From the NCBI GenBank assembly GCA_034722055.1, contig JAYENL010000264.1, positions 1,370-22,349 of the forward strand: a stretch of 20,980 nt of DNA. The letters are read 5' to 3'. This stretch comes from Armatimonadota bacterium (GTDB taxonomy: Bacteria; Armatimonadota; Zipacnadia; Zipacnadales; UBA5352). The translations under genes were made by a program, and so were the position numbers. Below the pieces are notes generated by a model. That model did not search any database, was not told the origin of the DNA, and saw only the letters and a program-made list of their open reading frames with translations. Of this stretch, positions 7,631 through 16,703 are shown piece after piece. The stretch's first letter is position 1; each line of letters opens with the position of its first letter.

Positions 7631-8638
7631 ATGGAGAGAGTCAACCTCGGGCTGATGGGCCTGGGACACTGGGGCCGCGAGGCGTACACACCGATCCTGA
7701 AGGACCATCCCGCGGCGAGGGTCGTAGCGGTCTCGGCGCGCAGCGAGGGGACCTTCGCCTTCGCGCGCGAGCAGTTCGGCACCAATATCGCCGAGCACCG
7801 AGACCTCGGCGATCTGGCCGACGATTCCAGCGTGGAGGCGGTGATGATCGCCCTGCCCAACCGCCTGCACGCGGAGGCCGTGGAGGCGGCCGTCTCCGCG
7901 GGCAAGCATGTCTTCGTTGAGCCGCCGCTGGGCTTCGATGCGGAGGAGATCAGCCGCGTCGTGGATGTGGCCTCAGCCGCCGACACCATCGTCCAGACCG
8001 ACCTGGAGCTGCGCTACACGCCGGTCATGGGCTTCGTGGCGGAGAGGGCCGCCTCCGGTGATCTGGGCGAGGCGCTGATGGTCCAGGTGAGCCTGTGGTG
8101 CGGCTGGGGCTACGGGGGGCTGCAGTGGCGGGAGGAGGCGGAGGACCAGGGCTTCTTCCTGTGGCTGGGCTGCTGGTACGTGGACGTGATCGACAGGGTG
8201 CTCGGGAGCGCCCCGGTTCGAGCCGGCGTCATCGGCGGCCGGGCCATGAACGGGGATCTGATGGACTACGGCTGGGCGACGCTGGAGTATCCCGGCGGGA
8301 ATCTGGGCCAGTTCCAGATGTCCATGGTCGCGCCGGTGGAGCAGGAGACCGCGGTGCGGATCACGGGCACGGAGGGGGAGCTGCACGCCGACATCTGGAC
8401 GGGCGTGTGCCGCTGGCGCCGGAGAGGCGAGGACTGGCGGGAGGTCTCGGTGCCGTGCGCTCAGCCGATCCACGGCTTCGCCGGCATGAGAGAGTCCATC
8501 GCCGATTTCCTGGAGTGCGTCCGCTCCGGCTCCCGGCCTCAGGCCGACCTGGCAGTCAGCCGCCGCGTGCACCGGGCGGCTCTGGCCTGCATGCGCTCGG
8601 ACGAGACCGGAGAGATGGCCCCTGTCGAGTCGGTGTAG
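7631..8638 (+). CDS. Gfo/Idh/MocA family oxidoreductase (atypical catalytic motifs)
   Basis: RBS AGGAGGAGG. Rossmann motif GLGHWG; 'VEAVMIALPNRLH...AGKHVFVEPPL'; 'LRYTP'; 'ITGTEGEL'. Confidence 0.88.
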   Translation: MERVNLGLMGLGHWGREAYTPILKDHPAARVVAVSARSEGTFAFAREQFGTNIAEHRDLGDLADDSSVEAVMIALPNRLHAEAVEAAVSAGKHVFVEPPLGFDAEEISRVVDVASAADTIVQTDLELRYTPVMGFVAERAASGDLGEALMVQVSLWCGWGYGGLQWREEAEDQGFFLWLGCWYVDVIDRVLGSAPVRAGVIGGRAMNGDLMDYGWATLEYPGGNLGQFQMSMVAPVEQETAVRITGTEGELHADIWTGVCRWRRRGEDWREVSVPCAQPIHGFAGMRESIADFLECVRSGSRPQADLAVSRRVHRAALACMRSDETGEMAPVESV

Positions 8639-8656
8639 CGTGCGCCGCTCACGCTG

Positions 8657-11600
8657 CTACCAGTACATCTTCAGCATATCAGTGTCGAGCAGCGGGAGGC
8701 GAACCGTGATGGCGGTGCCCTGCCGCGTGTACCGCAGCCTCCCGTGGCGCACGCTCTCCATCCGCTTCGGGTCCCGGTCCGTGCGCACCGACACCGTCAG
8801 CTCTTCGATCGGCCGGAGGCTGTAGTTGGCGAGCGTCACCACGGCCCCGGCATCACCCTCCAGGTAGAAGCTCTCCACGAGCCGTTCGCTGAGCGTCACC
8901 GGCTTCTTCACGTCAGCGTGGCGGACCGGCTCCAGCAAGTACTCGCGCTCGGGCTCAGGGTACTCCCAGGGGTTGTAGCTCAACTCTTCGGGCTCCAGAT
9001 TCGACCAGCTTCCGCGCGTGGCCCACTCCAGCAAGTCATCCGGATCGGGCGCCGGCGAGCCCGCGGCGTCGCGAGCCACGGGGGCCTTGCGGATGTAGCT
9101 GAGGCCGGGCATGAACCCCGCAACGAAGACCGCGCCCTCGCCACGGTTGACTCGCGCGTGCAGCGGCCTGCCATCATCAGTCAGGCAGGCCAGGGAGACC
9201 CTGACCGACGGCTTCATCACCACGGCCTGCCGCATGCCCAGCACGTCCATCTCGCCGCCCGCGAAGCTCACGCTGCCCTGCGGCTGGAGGCCGCGCAGAT
9301 ACCTGCCCGGCCCGGTGTGGTTCTGCAGCATCTCGACCTCGCCACGTACCAGACCCAGCGCGTCATCCAGCGGTCTCAACGGGCGGTTGTACTCGTCCGC
9401 GACGGCGGCTCCGGGGGACATGTAGAGCGTGCCGCCGCTGGTGACCCACCGCGCGATGGGCTCCGCCGCGGAGCTGTGGAGGTTCGGCCCGAAGATGTAG
9501 AGCGCCCTGTAGCTCTTCAGCCGCCCGGCGGCCACGTCCTCCTCGCTGAGGAAGTCCACGGGCACCTGCGCGTGAGTCAGCGCCAGATAGCTGTGCATGC
9601 GATCGTGCCCGTAGAGGTGCGTCTCCCCGACGGTCCAGATGTCGGACGTGGTCGAGTAGAGGAAGGCCACCTCGGATGGGACGCGCCCGGCGTCCATCAG
9701 CAGGTCCTCGGCGGCGCCCACCTCACGGCACAGCTCCGCCACCGGATGGTACATCGCCTCGTTCATGTACCAGCCCGGCTCGTGGCCGGTGTAGTAGGGG
9801 CCGTAGGAGAAGCTGTGCAGTATCTTCGCGCCGCGCCCCAGGCTGCTGTAGGCCTTGAGCTTGACATCCAGCGGCGTCCGCCCGTAGCTGGTGACGACGT
9901 ACATGCCGATCTGTTGCCCGCGCGCTCGGGTCGCGGCGCGGAGCAGGTCCACGTTGTAGCCGCAACACTGGTAGGTGGAGGCGATGTTCGACCAGTCCTC
10001 GCTCCACGCCATGGTCAGCGCGCCGGTGCCGAAGATATGGAAGTAGTCCGAGCCCTGCAGGTACATGTTGGCGCCGTAGACGGCGCCGTCGCTGAAGTTC
10101 ACGGTCGCCGGCGGCGAACCGTCGAAAGCACTGGTGATCTCCTCGGTCTGCAGCCGCAGGAAGTCCGCGAAGGCCTTCGCTCGGAAGCGCTGCGAGTAGT
10201 AGTAGAGCGCGGGGAGGGCGTCGCGCTCATCGCCAGTTACCGGACGGACGCCCTCCCAGGTGTCCACGCCCAGATCGGCCAGCGGAAGGCGGAGCTCGTC
10301 GCGCAGCCAGCGACGGAACTCGTGCCCGCACACCTCGCAGGACGCGGCGTGCTCCAGCGGCCTCGCCGTCGGCTCGTCCATGAACTTCACCAGCGTCGGC
10401 GTCTCGCCCCGCCACTTCTCCGCCTCTCCGGCGATCCTCTCGCGTATGCGCTCCACCTCTGGTTGCAGGTAGCAGCCCTCGTTCATGTACCAGGCGCTGA
10501 GGTGGGCGCGAGCGAACCTCAGACCCAGGGGCCTGGTCATCTCATCAGGCCGGTCATTGCTGCCGTTGAAGCCCAGGCGCGCGACGATTCTGTACTCGTC
10601 CTCCCGGATCTGCGGATCGAACAGCCCCGGCCGCATGCCCATCGACAGGAAGAGTGGAAAGCGCTGGGGCCTGCGGCCGAATCGCACCTCGGGGATGTCC
10701 TCCGCCAGCGCCACGGACGCAGCGCAGTACTCCCGGTCCGACTTCACCTCGTCCGCGCCTTCCTCGCTCAGGACGCCGGGCACCACGATGACCAGGCCCG
10801 CCCCCGGCCCCTCGCGGTGGAAGGACTTCACGATGGCGTCCTCGCGTGGAGCCGTCGCCACATCGAAGGTCGCGTCCAGGCTGGGCAGCCACTCGTCGTA
10901 GGAGTACTTCTCGGCCCCGCGCAGCTCCAGCCGCGCCCCGGTGTCCTCGTGCACGGCCGGCGTGACGTCGCACCAGGGCGTGGACTCCCCGGAGGTCAGG
11001 TAGACGGCCTGCCCCCGCGACGGTGCCACCAGTCTCTCATATCCATCCTTCGACAGCGAGAAGTGCTGATACCACGGCGCCCGCCAGTGGTCGGCGAAGC
11101 AGTGGATGTAGATGGGAGTGGTCTGGGTGGGCCCCAGCGTGACGCGCATCCAGATCTTGGGCTGCCAGTGGTGGACGTCGGGGACGTACTCCGTGTCGGT
11201 GGTCAGCGCCAGGCAGTCGATCTGCCGCGTGTACTGCGAGCAGGAGATCGGCTCCAGCTTGCTGATCGCGATGGTCACCGGCCCCCGGGACAGATCGGCC
11301 TGCAGACGACTCCAGTCGTAGCGATGGATGTACCGCGGCTCCTCCTCCGGTGGCTCGACATCGAATCTGCCCTCAGCGAGCACGCGGTCGTCCTGCTTGA
11401 GCGAAACGAGGAACGGCCCCCGCCCGCCGGGTGGAGTGCTGCGACCGACCGTGTGCCTGATCCAGAGCACGTACCGGCCGGTCTGCGGCAGCTCGATCTG
11501 TGTGCTCGCAACACCCTCTCCACCCCTCGCTCCGTAGAGGTGCTTCAGGCCGCTGTCGGGGGCGTATCTGCTGGACTGGTCGCGCGCCACCCACGATTGG

Positions 11601-11707
11601 CCGTCACACTCCATCGACTCGGCTTGCACCACCATCAGGTCGGCCGGTTGACACCGGCCGGCTACCGCCACGACCAGCATGAGCGCCATCATCACGAGGA
11701 CACGCAT
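8657..11707 (-). CDS. Large secreted GH42-like protein with beta-galactosidase trimerisation domain
   Basis: Signal peptide. 'FMDEP' putative acid/base, 'WSEDWSN' putative nucleophile, 'SEVAFLYSTTSDIW', 'HAQVPVDFLSEEDV...LKSYRALY', 'DEYNRP'. RBS GGAGG. Confidence 0.75.
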   Translation of the reverse strand: MRVLVMMALMLVVAVAGRCQPADLMVVQAESMECDGQSWVARDQSSRYAPDSGLKHLYGARGGEGVASTQIELPQTGRYVLWIRHTVGRSTPPGGRGPFLVSLKQDDRVLAEGRFDVEPPEEEPRYIHRYDWSRLQADLSRGPVTIAISKLEPISCSQYTRQIDCLALTTDTEYVPDVHHWQPKIWMRVTLGPTQTTPIYIHCFADHWRAPWYQHFSLSKDGYERLVAPSRGQAVYLTSGESTPWCDVTPAVHEDTGARLELRGAEKYSYDEWLPSLDATFDVATAPREDAIVKSFHREGPGAGLVIVVPGVLSEEGADEVKSDREYCAASVALAEDIPEVRFGRRPQRFPLFLSMGMRPGLFDPQIREDEYRIVARLGFNGSNDRPDEMTRPLGLRFARAHLSAWYMNEGCYLQPEVERIRERIAGEAEKWRGETPTLVKFMDEPTARPLEHAASCEVCGHEFRRWLRDELRLPLADLGVDTWEGVRPVTGDERDALPALYYYSQRFRAKAFADFLRLQTEEITSAFDGSPPATVNFSDGAVYGANMYLQGSDYFHIFGTGALTMAWSEDWSNIASTYQCCGYNVDLLRAATRARGQQIGMYVVTSYGRTPLDVKLKAYSSLGRGAKILHSFSYGPYYTGHEPGWYMNEAMYHPVAELCREVGAAEDLLMDAGRVPSEVAFLYSTTSDIWTVGETHLYGHDRMHSYLALTHAQVPVDFLSEEDVAAGRLKSYRALYIFGPNLHSSAAEPIARWVTSGGTLYMSPGAAVADEYNRPLRPLDDALGLVRGEVEMLQNHTGPGRYLRGLQPQGSVSFAGGEMDVLGMRQAVVMKPSVRVSLACLTDDGRPLHARVNRGEGAVFVAGFMPGLSYIRKAPVARDAAGSPAPDPDDLLEWATRGSWSNLEPEELSYNPWEYPEPEREYLLEPVRHADVKKPVTLSERLVESFYLEGDAGAVVTLANYSLRPIEELTVSVRTDRDPKRMESVRHGRLRYTRQGTAITVRLPLLDTDMLKMYW

Positions 11708-11722
11708 GGTGTAGGGACCTCC

Positions 11723-12814
11723 CTAAAGCCGGTAGGCTCTGACCTGCTCCATGCACCGATTGGCGGCATCAACGTCCGGAGCCGTCTCGACGCGGTACAG
11801 CACGCCACCGCACAGCGTGCGCTCCTCCAGCCCGCGCTGAAACTCCTCGAACTGCACCTCGACGACCAGCGGCATCTCGCCCGTGCGGCTCTGCAGCTCG
11901 CCCAGCACCTCGAAGGGCCGCGGATAGCCTGTGTCGTCGCCCAGGAAGATGGCCTTCAGCCCTCGCACCGATGACACCGCCTCCAGCAGATGGCGGCCGT
12001 TGCCGTGGATGTGCAGCACCCCGCCGTCGAAGCGCCCCAGGATCCGCTCCACCGGCTCGCGCCCCCACTGCTCGAAGTAGTCCACCGAGGTCATGTGGAA
12101 GGGGTCCACGCTCTCGGAGACGATCCGGCCCGGGAGCCACTGCGCCATGTTGCTGAGGGTGCCGCCATCAAGCAGAGGGACGATCTCGAAGAAGTCCGCC
12201 TGGATCCGGGCGTTGACCTCGAAGGCCAGGTCGATGGCCCGGCGGACCATCTCAGGCCGCTCCTCGAGGCTCAGGTACGTCCGGGTGGCGCCCACCAGCT
12301 CGAAGACGAAGTTGAGCCCGTCGATGAGGATGAAGTGGCTGACCCCGAACTTGCCATTCCCCGCCTCGACGAAGGCCCTGGTCTGGTTCAGGAAGCGCCG
12401 ATACCACGGATGCGATGGGTCGAAGTGCAGGTCCTCGAACTCCGACCAGTCGTCCAGCAGCGGAGCGACCATCGACGAGATCCAGCCATTGTCGGGATGC
12501 GCCATGAACTGCACGTCGCCACCGAACAGCCCGCCGTAGAGCCCCTGGTCGAACTCGCTGAGGTAGGCGGCCGGCAGCGAATCGTCCTCGACCCCGCTGC
12601 GTTCGGACAGGTAGTCATCCCAGAATCGCAGCCGCTCCTGCAGGTCGGGGTAGGAGCAGTAGCCGTGGGAGTACTGCTCCTGGAAGCGTGCGAGCGCTCG
12701 GCTGGGCACCTCGATGGCGGCGAGGATGCGGTCTCTGGCCTCGCCGCCATACAGCATCCGCAGTCGCTCCAGCACCTCCGCGGCGTTGGGCTTGTAGGCC
12801 AGCGTCCTGGTCAT
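11723..12814 (-). CDS. Uroporphyrinogen decarboxylase / MtaA-CmuA-fold family protein
   Basis: 'DGLNFVFELVG...YLSLEERPEMVRRAID', 'DPFHMTSVDYFEQWGREP', 'GVLHIHGNG' fit URO-D-like proteins of sugar loci. Start placed at ATG 12814. Confidence 0.65.
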   Translation of the reverse strand: MTRTLAYKPNAAEVLERLRMLYGGEARDRILAAIEVPSRALARFQEQYSHGYCSYPDLQERLRFWDDYLSERSGVEDDSLPAAYLSEFDQGLYGGLFGGDVQFMAHPDNGWISSMVAPLLDDWSEFEDLHFDPSHPWYRRFLNQTRAFVEAGNGKFGVSHFILIDGLNFVFELVGATRTYLSLEERPEMVRRAIDLAFEVNARIQADFFEIVPLLDGGTLSNMAQWLPGRIVSESVDPFHMTSVDYFEQWGREPVERILGRFDGGVLHIHGNGRHLLEAVSSVRGLKAIFLGDDTGYPRPFEVLGELQSRTGEMPLVVEVQFEEFQRGLEERTLCGGVLYRVETAPDVDAANRCMEQVRAYRL

Positions 12815-12884
12815 GGCGACCTGATCTCTGGACTCAGGAATCTGGTCGGGCTGGAAGCTGGAAGCGCGCTGGAGCGCCCTTCCA

Positions 12885-12915
12885 CCCGCGCCTGACGGCA
12901 ATGGTCAGGCGCGGG
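12885..12915. repeat. 12-bp perfect inverted repeat (intra-operon hairpin)
   Basis: CCCGCGCCTGAC (12885-12896) / GTCAGGCGCGGG (12904-12915), 7-nt loop. Confidence 0.6.
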
Positions 12916-12945
12916 CCGACCTACGCGGGCAAAGCGGCCGCAGAC

Positions 12946-13959
12946 CTACGGGATGACGACCGCCCGCAGCATGTCGCCCGGCCGGGCCGCGGTGGCCTCC
13001 ATGGCCTCGGCGGTCTGCTCCAGCGTGAACTCCCGCACTGGCAAAGCGCTCAGGTTCACCGCGCCGCTGTCGATCAGCTCCACGGACTCCTCGAGCGTAT
13101 CCCGCGATCGACGCGAGAAGACCACGGTGAGCTGCCGGCGCCGGGGGACGGTGGAGTCGAAGGTCACCTCATCCGGGTGCGGAATCCCGACCACCACGAC
13201 GCGCCCCGCCGGGCGCGCGAGCCGCATGGCCTGCTCCACGGCATCGTTGTCGCCGGAGCACTCGAAGACGATGTCGCCCTCATAGTCCGCCTCCAGCAGT
13301 TCCTCGTGGGAGGCGACGGCGGGCTCGGCGCCCAGCTCGCGCGGCCACGCACGCCGGTCCTCGATGGGCTCCACCATCGCGATCTGCTCGACGCCCCGCG
13401 CCTGCAGCACCAGCATCACGCACATGCCGATGGTGCCGGCCCCGAGGATGGCGATACTATCCCCCGGCTGCACGTCCGAGAGTCGCACGGCGTGGATGGC
13501 GACCCCCAGCGGCTCGAAGAGCGCGCCCTCGATGTCGCTGACGCTATCGGGCAGCGGCTGGACGCTGAACGCCGGACAGGCGATGTATTCGGCCAGCGCA
13601 CCGTCACGCTGCGGGAAGCTGGGGAAGACGATGTTCCGGCACAGGTTCTCGTGGCCCGCGCGGCAGACGTCGCACTCGCCGCAGTGCCAGCTCGGCTCCA
13701 CCGCCACGCGCGTGCCCACCGGCGGCCCATCCACTCCCTCACCAAGCGCCGCGATCTCGCCCGAGAACTCATGCCCCTGGATCATGGGATGGTCGGGCAC
13801 CACGCCGCTGGCGTGGCCGTCCTGGTAGAGCCGCAGGTCCGAGGGGCAGATGGCCACCGCCCTGACCTTCACCAGCACCTCATCGGGGCCGGCCTCAGGG
13901 GTGGGCACCTCGTCAATGTGCACGTCCTTGGCAGCATGCAACCGCGCCGCTCTCATCAT
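12946..13959 (-). CDS. Zinc-dependent (MDR) sugar-alcohol/threonine-type dehydrogenase
   Basis: 'ICPSD', 'GHEFSG', structural-Zn motif CGECDVCRAGHENLC, 'EPLGVAIHA', NAD-binding 'GAGTIG'. Confidence 0.92.
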   Translation of the reverse strand: MMRAARLHAAKDVHIDEVPTPEAGPDEVLVKVRAVAICPSDLRLYQDGHASGVVPDHPMIQGHEFSGEIAALGEGVDGPPVGTRVAVEPSWHCGECDVCRAGHENLCRNIVFPSFPQRDGALAEYIACPAFSVQPLPDSVSDIEGALFEPLGVAIHAVRLSDVQPGDSIAILGAGTIGMCVMLVLQARGVEQIAMVEPIEDRRAWPRELGAEPAVASHEELLEADYEGDIVFECSGDNDAVEQAMRLARPAGRVVVVGIPHPDEVTFDSTVPRRRQLTVVFSRRSRDTLEESVELIDSGAVNLSALPVREFTLEQTAEAMEATAARPGDMLRAVVIP

Positions 13960-14090
13960 TCTTCCCCTTCCGTCGCCACGTCATCTGTAGTCTCGCCCGA
14001 GAGGAACTGCTCCATTACGTCGTCACTGTAGCCGCAGAGGCTGATCCGGGAGGCGTCGATGGGCTCAAGGCCCAGCTCCAGGGCAGGGGA
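13956..14090 (-). pseudogene. C-terminal remnant of a right-handed parallel beta-helix protein, still coupled to the dehydrogenase start
   Basis: SPALELGLEPIDASRISLCG matches the 'SPAxxLGFxPIDxSxIGLxG' tail of beta-helix glycosidase/lyase-like proteins. Its TGA overlaps the dehydrogenase ATG (GAATGATGAGA). No coding-like sequence above about 14100. Confidence 0.6.
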
Positions 14091-14231
14091 GCGTAGCGGC
14101 CGGCCCGGTCGGCCTCGCCTCCTCGCATGCTGCCTCTGGAAGAGTCCCCGCCTCGCAACGGCATGACCACGACAACGAGCGGCGGGCCACAGGTCCACGC
14201 CCAAGCAACCGCAGGCGCTGTCGTCGTTGCC

Positions 14232-14266
14232 GTAGCTTGTAGCTGATTCCTGGTAGCTGGTAGCAC
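14232..14266. repeat. Phased heptamer tandem array GTAGCTT-GTAGCTG-ATTCCTG-GTAGCTG-GTAGCAC
   Basis: Four GTAGC cores in exact 7-bp register, in the divergent intergenic region. Confidence 0.6.
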
Positions 14267-14506
14267 GCGCGTCAGCACATCTTCTGGGTCCGGTAGATGG
14301 GCTATCATGGTTCTGCATTGTCCTGCGGGCAGCAGACCGGAGCGATAAACTTCCGCGCGCCGCCGGGCGTCACCTGCCCGGCCACCGTCTCTTCGCTCCC
14401 GGCGCCGGTGGCAACGGAACGGCAGCAGGCAGGGCAGCCGGGAGGGCGCGGCGAAGTGCGCGCCGGCTGGCCGGCAGCAGGTCCAGGCGGGCTGGGGTGC
14501 AGATGC

Positions 14507-16660
14507 ATGGCGGATGAGGCTCAGCAAATGCGCGCCGACCAAGTCGAGGCCCCGCCTTCGGGCCTGGTCTCTGATTCGAGCCCCTACGGCTATGCAACGC
14601 TGCGCGCGCTGGTGGTGGCCGTCATACTCTCGCTGCTGGCGGCGGCGTGGACCAAGCAGGCGGAGCTGGTGACGCTCACCAGCCAGATCTCCGAGAGCAC
14701 CCCGCCCATCGCCTCCATCCTCTGCCTCTTCCTGGTGCCGGGCCTGGGAGCGCTGCTGGCCGGGATCGCGTCTCGCCTGGAGGCCGCCGGGGGGCACCGC
14801 CGGCTCGCCGCGCTGCTTCGCCGCCTCCGGCTGACGCGCGGCGAGATGCTGGTCGTCTTCCTGTTCGTGGCCATCACCGCGGCCATGCCGGGCGTGGGGC
14901 TCTTCCGCCAGGTGATGCCCTGTCTGATGGTCCCCCAGTACTTCGGCCGCCCGTCGGACCATCTCAGCGAGATGGCCAGCACGATACCGACCCAGTGGGC
15001 CCCCACCGATGCGGAGGTCGCGCGAGTGTTCTGGGAGGGTGAGGACCTCAGCCTGCCATCGATGGGCCTGGAGGGCGTGCCGGTTGCCGGCCCAATCCTC
15101 GACAGTGTCTACCGCTTCCTCGCCGGGCCGCTGCTGGTGCCCTGGCAGCACTGGCTGGTCCCCTTCCTGCTCTGGAGCGGCTATCTGAGCATCTACTTCA
15201 TCGCCGCGTTCTGCCTGGTGCTGCTGTTCCGCCGGGCGTGGGAGGATGACGAGCACCTCAACTTCCCGGTCTCCAACCTCCCGGTGGAGATGATCGATCC
15301 CCAGCGCAGCCGGTTCGCGCATATAGGGTTCTTCCGCGATGCGGTGGTGTGGACGGGCTTCCTGCTGGCGGTGCTTTACAACGCCTTCAACGCCCTGCAC
15401 GTCTTCAACCCCGGCATCCCGTCGATGGGCATCTCCTACCCGCTGGGCCGCCTCTTCACCGAATCTCCCTGGGACACCATGCGCGGCCTGTCGATCTACT
15501 ACAAGCCCGAGGTCCTCGGCCTGGGCTTCCTGGTGCCCTCCGATGCGCTGTTCTCCATCTGGTTCTTCACACTCGCCAGTTGGCTGGTTCGCCCGCTGGC
15601 GAAGACGGTCGGCTACAGCCCGGCGGGCTTCCCCTTCGTCACCGAGCAGGCCATCGGGGCCTTCCTGCTGCTGGGGGTGGCCTTCATCTACCAGGCGCGC
15701 GAGCGCCTGATGCAGGCGGTGCGCAAGGGCCTCTCCGGACGCGATCCGGCCGGCCGGGACGAGCCGCTGAGCTTCCGCGTCACGCTGCTGGGTGCCGCGC
15801 TCGGGCTCCTGGTGGTCATGGGCATGCCCATCGCCTTCGGCATGGCCTGGTGGATCTCGCTGATGTACTTCGGGATCATCGTCCTGGTGCTGATCGTCTA
15901 CTGCCGCAACCGGGCGGAGATGGGCTTCCCCATCGTTTGGGGCTATCCGCTGTATCAGGAGCGCAAGGTCATGGTGGACTTCCTGGGCAGCAGGCCGCTG
16001 GTGGGGCCCGGCCGGCTGCAATCGCTGACGCTGCTCACCATGTTCTCATGGCTGCAGCGCAGCGTGTACCAGGCGATCACCAGCACCGCTCAGGAGGGGA
16101 CGGTTGCCGCAGATCGGCTGGATCAGGGGCGCCGCAGCATCTCCAGGGTCGTGATCGCCGCGGTCATCGTCGGGGTGATGACGGCCTTCCTCGTCAACCT
16201 CTCCGCCTACTACGAGTACGGCGGCCTGGTTCTGTCCAGCCCCGGCGGCATCAGTGGGGGTCAGATGACGCAGGAGGTGCTCGGCCAATACATGTCGGTC
16301 TCCGAGTGGATCGACCGTCCCGCCGAGCCCGACCCGCAGAAGATCGCCTACACGCTCCTGGGGGCGGGGCTGGCGCTGGGGATGGTCCTGGGGCGGCGAC
16401 TGTGGCTGCGCTTTCCGTTCCACCCGGGGGGCTACGCGCTGGCCTTCTGCCACCGGGGTCCCTACATGTGGTTCCCGGCCCTGCTGCTGTGGGGGATCAA
16501 GAGCCTCACACTGCACCTGGGCGGCGCCGGCCTCTACCGCCGCCTGGCAAGGGGCTTTTTGGCCTTCACGCTGGGCCACTTCTTCTCGGTGGGCCTGTGG
16601 AGCCTCATCGGCCTCAGCGCCGGCGAATGGGTGCGCCGCTACATGGTCTGGTTCCTGTAG
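14507..16660 (+). CDS. DUF6785/DUF6784-like polytopic membrane protein (putative OPT-like transporter)
   Basis: Many TM helices. Family-like motifs 'LTRGEMLVVF', 'VPWQHWLVP', 'RRAWEDDEHLNFP', 'RNRAEMGFP', 'FPFHPGGYA', 'LHLGGAGLYRR'. Start is 14507 or 14528. Confidence 0.8.
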   Translation: MADEAQQMRADQVEAPPSGLVSDSSPYGYATLRALVVAVILSLLAAAWTKQAELVTLTSQISESTPPIASILCLFLVPGLGALLAGIASRLEAAGGHRRLAALLRRLRLTRGEMLVVFLFVAITAAMPGVGLFRQVMPCLMVPQYFGRPSDHLSEMASTIPTQWAPTDAEVARVFWEGEDLSLPSMGLEGVPVAGPILDSVYRFLAGPLLVPWQHWLVPFLLWSGYLSIYFIAAFCLVLLFRRAWEDDEHLNFPVSNLPVEMIDPQRSRFAHIGFFRDAVVWTGFLLAVLYNAFNALHVFNPGIPSMGISYPLGRLFTESPWDTMRGLSIYYKPEVLGLGFLVPSDALFSIWFFTLASWLVRPLAKTVGYSPAGFPFVTEQAIGAFLLLGVAFIYQARERLMQAVRKGLSGRDPAGRDEPLSFRVTLLGAALGLLVVMGMPIAFGMAWWISLMYFGIIVLVLIVYCRNRAEMGFPIVWGYPLYQERKVMVDFLGSRPLVGPGRLQSLTLLTMFSWLQRSVYQAITSTAQEGTVAADRLDQGRRSISRVVIAAVIVGVMTAFLVNLSAYYEYGGLVLSSPGGISGGQMTQEVLGQYMSVSEWIDRPAEPDPQKIAYTLLGAGLALGMVLGRRLWLRFPFHPGGYALAFCHRGPYMWFPALLLWGIKSLTLHLGGAGLYRRLARGFLAFTLGHFFSVGLWSLIGLSAGEWVRRYMVWFL

Positions 16661-16703
16661 CGCGCCTCAGGTTTCGCGGGCTGCCCGCGCGGTCTCGCTG
16701 CCG

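Noticed and set aside
8744..11974. 1076-aa + strand ORF, and similar long ORFs at 202-1632, 2203-3396, 6329-7909, 14015-16021, 18164-19792
   Set aside because: Antisense shadows of real genes; high GC3 suppresses stop codons on the opposite strand, and the translations lack recognisable motifs.
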